Source of the DNA: an uncultured Gammaproteobacteria bacterium
GTDB lineage: Bacteria > Patescibacteriota > Patescibacteriia > CAZGFX01
Length of the DNA stretch: 64,000 bases
Assembly: GCA_964524845.1 (NCBI GenBank)
Contig: CAZGFX010000001.1
Span: 75,823 to 139,822, forward strand
Direction: 5' to 3'
Shown: positions 60,804 through 64,000 of the stretch, in pieces
How the letters are laid out: each line of letters begins with the position of its first letter
Numbering within the stretch: position 1 is the stretch's first letter
Notes under the pieces: model-generated
Databases searched by the model: none
Told to the model about the DNA's origin: nothing
Seen by the model: only the letters and a program-made list of their open reading frames with translations
Position numbers and translations under genes: made by a program

Positions 60804-63800
60804 TTATTCCCCATTATCTAAAGAAAAATCTTTATTGTGTTTTGACTCTTTCACCCCATAGCATAGATTATAATATGGGCAGCGTTCGCATGTTTTCGTA
60901 CTGTCTGTCATAGGAAATTCTTGGTTTTTTATCTTCGCATACACATCTTTTATGGTTTTCTTAAGCTCAGACACATCATTTTCGTCAAAAGGAACAATCG
61001 CTTGTTTATATTTTTCATTCTTTCCTTGAACGAAATCCAGAACCCCTTCCGTCATCGTATAATTTCCTTTCAAAAATGAATCATTTTCGCACAATAATTT
61101 ATAAAAAACTATCTGACGTTTGAAACTCCCGTCTGAATTTTTCGTCGTCCCAGCAATTTCATTATCCGACTTGATATCCCCCGTCTTATAATCAACCACG
61201 CGAATGTGTCCTACATCTCCTTTGATCTTCTCTATCTTGTCTATTTTTCCCGTTATCTGAATTCCATCTACTCGTATATCACGAGGACCAAAATCATATT
61301 CTAGAAACTCAGGAATAGAAAAAACATCCTTGTAATAATCATAATATCCGGAAAGTCCGACAATCCCTTCTTCCTTACACGAATCAAACTCTTTCGGAGT
61401 TAATATTTCTCTGGAAAGAGCCTCCTCATATAATTTTAAAAGCATATCTTTTGACGGAAGTACACCGTCTTTTTTGTACTCCAGAAAAAAGTTTTCAAGC
61501 GCCTTGTGATACGCCGTTCCAAGTGCCATGTGCTTATCCTTCATTGCAGGCAATCTGAGTATCGTTCCATATTTGAATTGACGCGGACATCTTATATATG
61601 CGTTTAAATGTGTTACGCTCATTTTATATTCAGACAAAATAGTGTCTATATATTCTTTTTCTGTCATTGCCGAATTAGTATTTAAATAATTCGTCCTAAC
61701 ATCAAAAAACTCCTTCAAATCGCTAGTGGTATCACCAATATTTATCTTTTCAATTCGATCTGGGCGTATTTCAAGTAAAAACTGGGTTGGAGTCTTCTCG
61801 CTTCTCTGATCTCCGCTTCCATACTCATGAGAATATGTTATATGTACCTGCTCTTTTGCTCTCGTCATCGCAACAAAGAACAATCTGCGCTCATCCTCAT
61901 TTTTATCAAGCTCAAGAACATTCTGATTTTTAAGAACAGATGCCGGCAAGTGAATCTTGTTTTGATCTCTTGTGTTGCCCCATGCGCCATCAACCGCTTC
62001 AACTATAAATACATGTTCGAATTCAAGTCCTTTTGATTTGTGTGCCGTTGAAACGTATACTCCATCTCTGTCTATTGAGAAACCCTCCTCATCAAGAGCT
62101 ATATCATGCTCTCTATAGAGCGATACTATTTTCAAAAATTTCTCTAGTGAAAGCGAATGATCCGCTTTGTTAAGGGATTTTACCTCGCTATACAATGTTG
62201 ATAACGCGCGTAGCGCTTCTATTCTTTCATCTCCTAAGCCTTCAACCCAGTTCATAAATCCGGACTCTCTCAAAAATTCTTCAAAAAAACGAGCAAACGA
62301 CGTGCTTGCCGCACGTTCTTTATATTTCGTTATGTTTTTTACGAAAAGCTCAATTTCATCAACACCTTCTACCTCTGCTCGCTCGAGCGATTCTCTTTTC
62401 GTCATCACGCTCCAAATGTGCAAATCTTTATGATCTGAACGAATCACATTGTTTCGAAGCATGGAAATTTTATAAACATCAACGGGATTTATTTTTGTCG
62501 CACTACTCATCATAACCTGCGCGAGAGTTTGATCATCATAAGGAGATGCAATAATTGTTAGATAATCAATCAAAAGTCTCATGACAGGATGTGTCAAAAC
62601 ATTAATCGTCCCGGCCACTACAACAGGTATTCCCATACGAGACAGAAATTCCGCGTATTCATCTGCTCCGGAATTTTTCCTTGCAAGAACCGCGATATCC
62701 GAAGGATGAACTCCTTTTTCTATTAATTGTTTTATTTCTGTTGCAACAAAATGTTTTTCCGTATGCTCGTGAGGACACTCAATAACACGAATCAAGCTCC
62801 CTTGACCCTTTTTTGAAACTAGCGACTTCACCACATCTTTCATATGCTTAGAAGCGCGATGAGTGTTATTTTCTATAAGGTCCGCTGATGCATCCAAAAT
62901 ATGCTGAAGAGAACGATAATTGTGTTTTAAAACAATCGGCTCGTTTACAACGAACTTTTTATTAAAAAATAAAATATTTTCAAGCGATGCGCCCTGAAAA
63001 CGATAAATTGACTGGTCATCATCACCAACAACGAACACATTAGGCCTTGTTTCTCCTTCAAAAGATGCGAGAAGCTCTATAATTCTGTTTTGAGCTGAAT
63101 TCGTATCCTGATACTCGTCAACGAGCACATAAAGATATCTTTCTTGATATACGGCGAGCAATGTATCATCGTTTTCAAGCTTATCAATTACAAACATGAC
63201 CATATCATCAAAATCATACCATCCGCTTTTCTTGCACTGCTCAGAATATGCGCGATAAATAGAAACCAGATCTTTGTTTTTAAGAAGTCTCGCATACGCA
63301 TCAGACCAAGCACCTGTTGGTTTACCTGTTTTTTTATTTACCTTCTTCTCCATCTCACATATACCAATTTCTTTATTTACAATTGATTCGAACTGATCTG
63401 GAGAAACATTCTCTCTCTTTAAATTCGAAAGCGCTGACCTTATTCCTTTTAAATAATAATAAGGATCACCAAACGTGCTTAAGTGTTCCGGCTTCATATC
63501 ATCAATGATAGATCTTATGGCATCTATAGCTTCTAGATCTGTAATTCTTTTGAGTGAACGAGCAAATATAAACTTCTCCGGAAATTCAGAAATAATCTGA
63601 TTGCAAAATCCGTGAAATGTTGAAACGTTTACTCCGTACCCCGCTGGTCCCATAATCTCAGCTAGACGCGTCTTAATTGCTTTCACTCCGCTCTCTGTAA
63701 ACGTCATTATGAGAATGTTTTTTGGATCGATATGAGACTTTTTTACGATATTCGCGGCGCGCATTCCAATGATCTCAGTCTTTCCAGTCCCAGGGCCCGC

Positions 63801-63896
63801 GAGTACCATAACAGGCCCTTCCGTTTCCTCAACGGCGCGCCGCTGTTCCTGATTAAGCTTTTTAAGACGATCTTCAAATAATTTTGTGTGATCCAT
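60804..63896 (-). CDS. UvrD/PcrA-like helicase fused to PD-(D/E)XK nuclease
   Basis: AGPGTGKT, DEYQDTN, VGDDDQSIYRFQ, KGLEF, EERRLF-like; GKIDKI..VDYKTG; CPR..CERCPY..C cysteines. Confidence 0.92.
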   Translation of the reverse strand: MDHTKLFEDRLKKLNQEQRRAVEETEGPVMVLAGPGTGKTEIIGMRAANIVKKSHIDPKNILIMTFTESGVKAIKTRLAEIMGPAGYGVNVSTFHGFCNQIISEFPEKFIFARSLKRITDLEAIDAIRSIIDDMKPEHLSTFGDPYYYLKGIRSALSNLKRENVSPDQFESIVNKEIGICEMEKKVNKKTGKPTGAWSDAYARLLKNKDLVSIYRAYSEQCKKSGWYDFDDMVMFVIDKLENDDTLLAVYQERYLYVLVDEYQDTNSAQNRIIELLASFEGETRPNVFVVGDDDQSIYRFQGASLENILFFNKKFVVNEPIVLKHNYRSLQHILDASADLIENNTHRASKHMKDVVKSLVSKKGQGSLIRVIECPHEHTEKHFVATEIKQLIEKGVHPSDIAVLARKNSGADEYAEFLSRMGIPVVVAGTINVLTHPVMRLLIDYLTIIASPYDDQTLAQVMMSSATKINPVDVYKISMLRNNVIRSDHKDLHIWSVMTKRESLERAEVEGVDEIELFVKNITKYKERAASTSFARFFEEFLRESGFMNWVEGLGDERIEALRALSTLYSEVKSLNKADHSLSLEKFLKIVSLYREHDIALDEEGFSIDRDGVYVSTAHKSKGLEFEHVFIVEAVDGAWGNTRDQNKIHLPASVLKNQNVLELDKNEDERRLFFVAMTRAKEQVHITYSHEYGSGDQRSEKTPTQFLLEIRPDRIEKINIGDTTSDLKEFFDVRTNYLNTNSAMTEKEYIDTILSEYKMSVTHLNAYIRCPRQFKYGTILRLPAMKDKHMALGTAYHKALENFFLEYKKDGVLPSKDMLLKLYEEALSREILTPKEFDSCKEEGIVGLSGYYDYYKDVFSIPEFLEYDFGPRDIRVDGIQITGKIDKIEKIKGDVGHIRVVDYKTGDIKSDNEIAGTTKNSDGSFKRQIVFYKLLCENDSFLKGNYTMTEGVLDFVQGKNEKYKQAIVPFDENDVSELKKTIKDVYAKIKNQEFPMTDSTKTCERCPYYNLCYGVKESKHNKDFSLDNGE

Positions 63897-63917
63897 AATA
63901 ACAAAAGTTTAACAAAT

Positions 63918-63953
63918 AAAACCCCCTTCTGCCATAGAGACCGAAGGGGGTTT
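63918..63953 (-). terminator. Rho-independent terminator
   Basis: AAACCCCCTTC/GAAGGGGGTTT. Confidence 0.75.
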
Positions 63954-63962
63954 CATAAAACA

Positions 63963-64000
63963 TTAGATCTTAAACTCGTCTATATCTATATCTTTTTTAG
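63963..64000 (-). CDS. 3' end of a gene entering from beyond the window (..KKDIDIDEFKI*)
   Basis: Open frame ending just before the terminator. Confidence 0.4.
   Translation of the reverse strand, partial: KKDIDIDEFKI

Overview
AT-rich bacterial chromosome segment, standard genetic code. Gene content and architecture suggest Patescibacteria/CPR (inference: GAD-less AspRS, short MiaA, stand-alone PEP/pyruvate-binding domain, UvrD-PD-(D/E)XK fusion, several DsbA paralogues, mostly SD-less core genes). Housekeeping genes are miaB, miaA, fbaB, split class III RNR (nrdD, separate glycyl-radical peptide, nrdG), glpK-like, gpsA, rpmG, tpiA, a D,D-carboxypeptidase, scpAB, aspS, argS, smpB, ssrA, infC-rpmI-rplT, leuS, lgt, gatCA and ligA, plus five tRNAs. 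Orphan ORFs are interspersed, and an AT-rich defence-like islet (type IIG R-M plus PIN-like gene) abuts tRNA-Trp. The strongest unexplained signals cluster around the RNR locus: (1) a ~620-nt, highly structured, stand-alone minus-strand RNA candidate with its own sigma70 promoter, a hairpin plus boxA-like leader and a terminator (15612-16233); (2) a ~390-nt structured nrdD leader; (3) a divergent Cys-rich gene pair between them; (4) a recent 215-bp duplication that gave two divergent binding proteins the same N-terminus and created a 33-aa chimeric mini-ORF ending in the NrdG C-terminus. Also notable are an AspRS-YbaK/ProX fusion, a 37-codon tmRNA tag, a ~200-nt sRNA candidate near smpB and tRNAs enclosed by inverted repeats. 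No CRISPR array, integrase or transposase was seen. All calls are from reading the sequence by eye; no database search or folding program was run.
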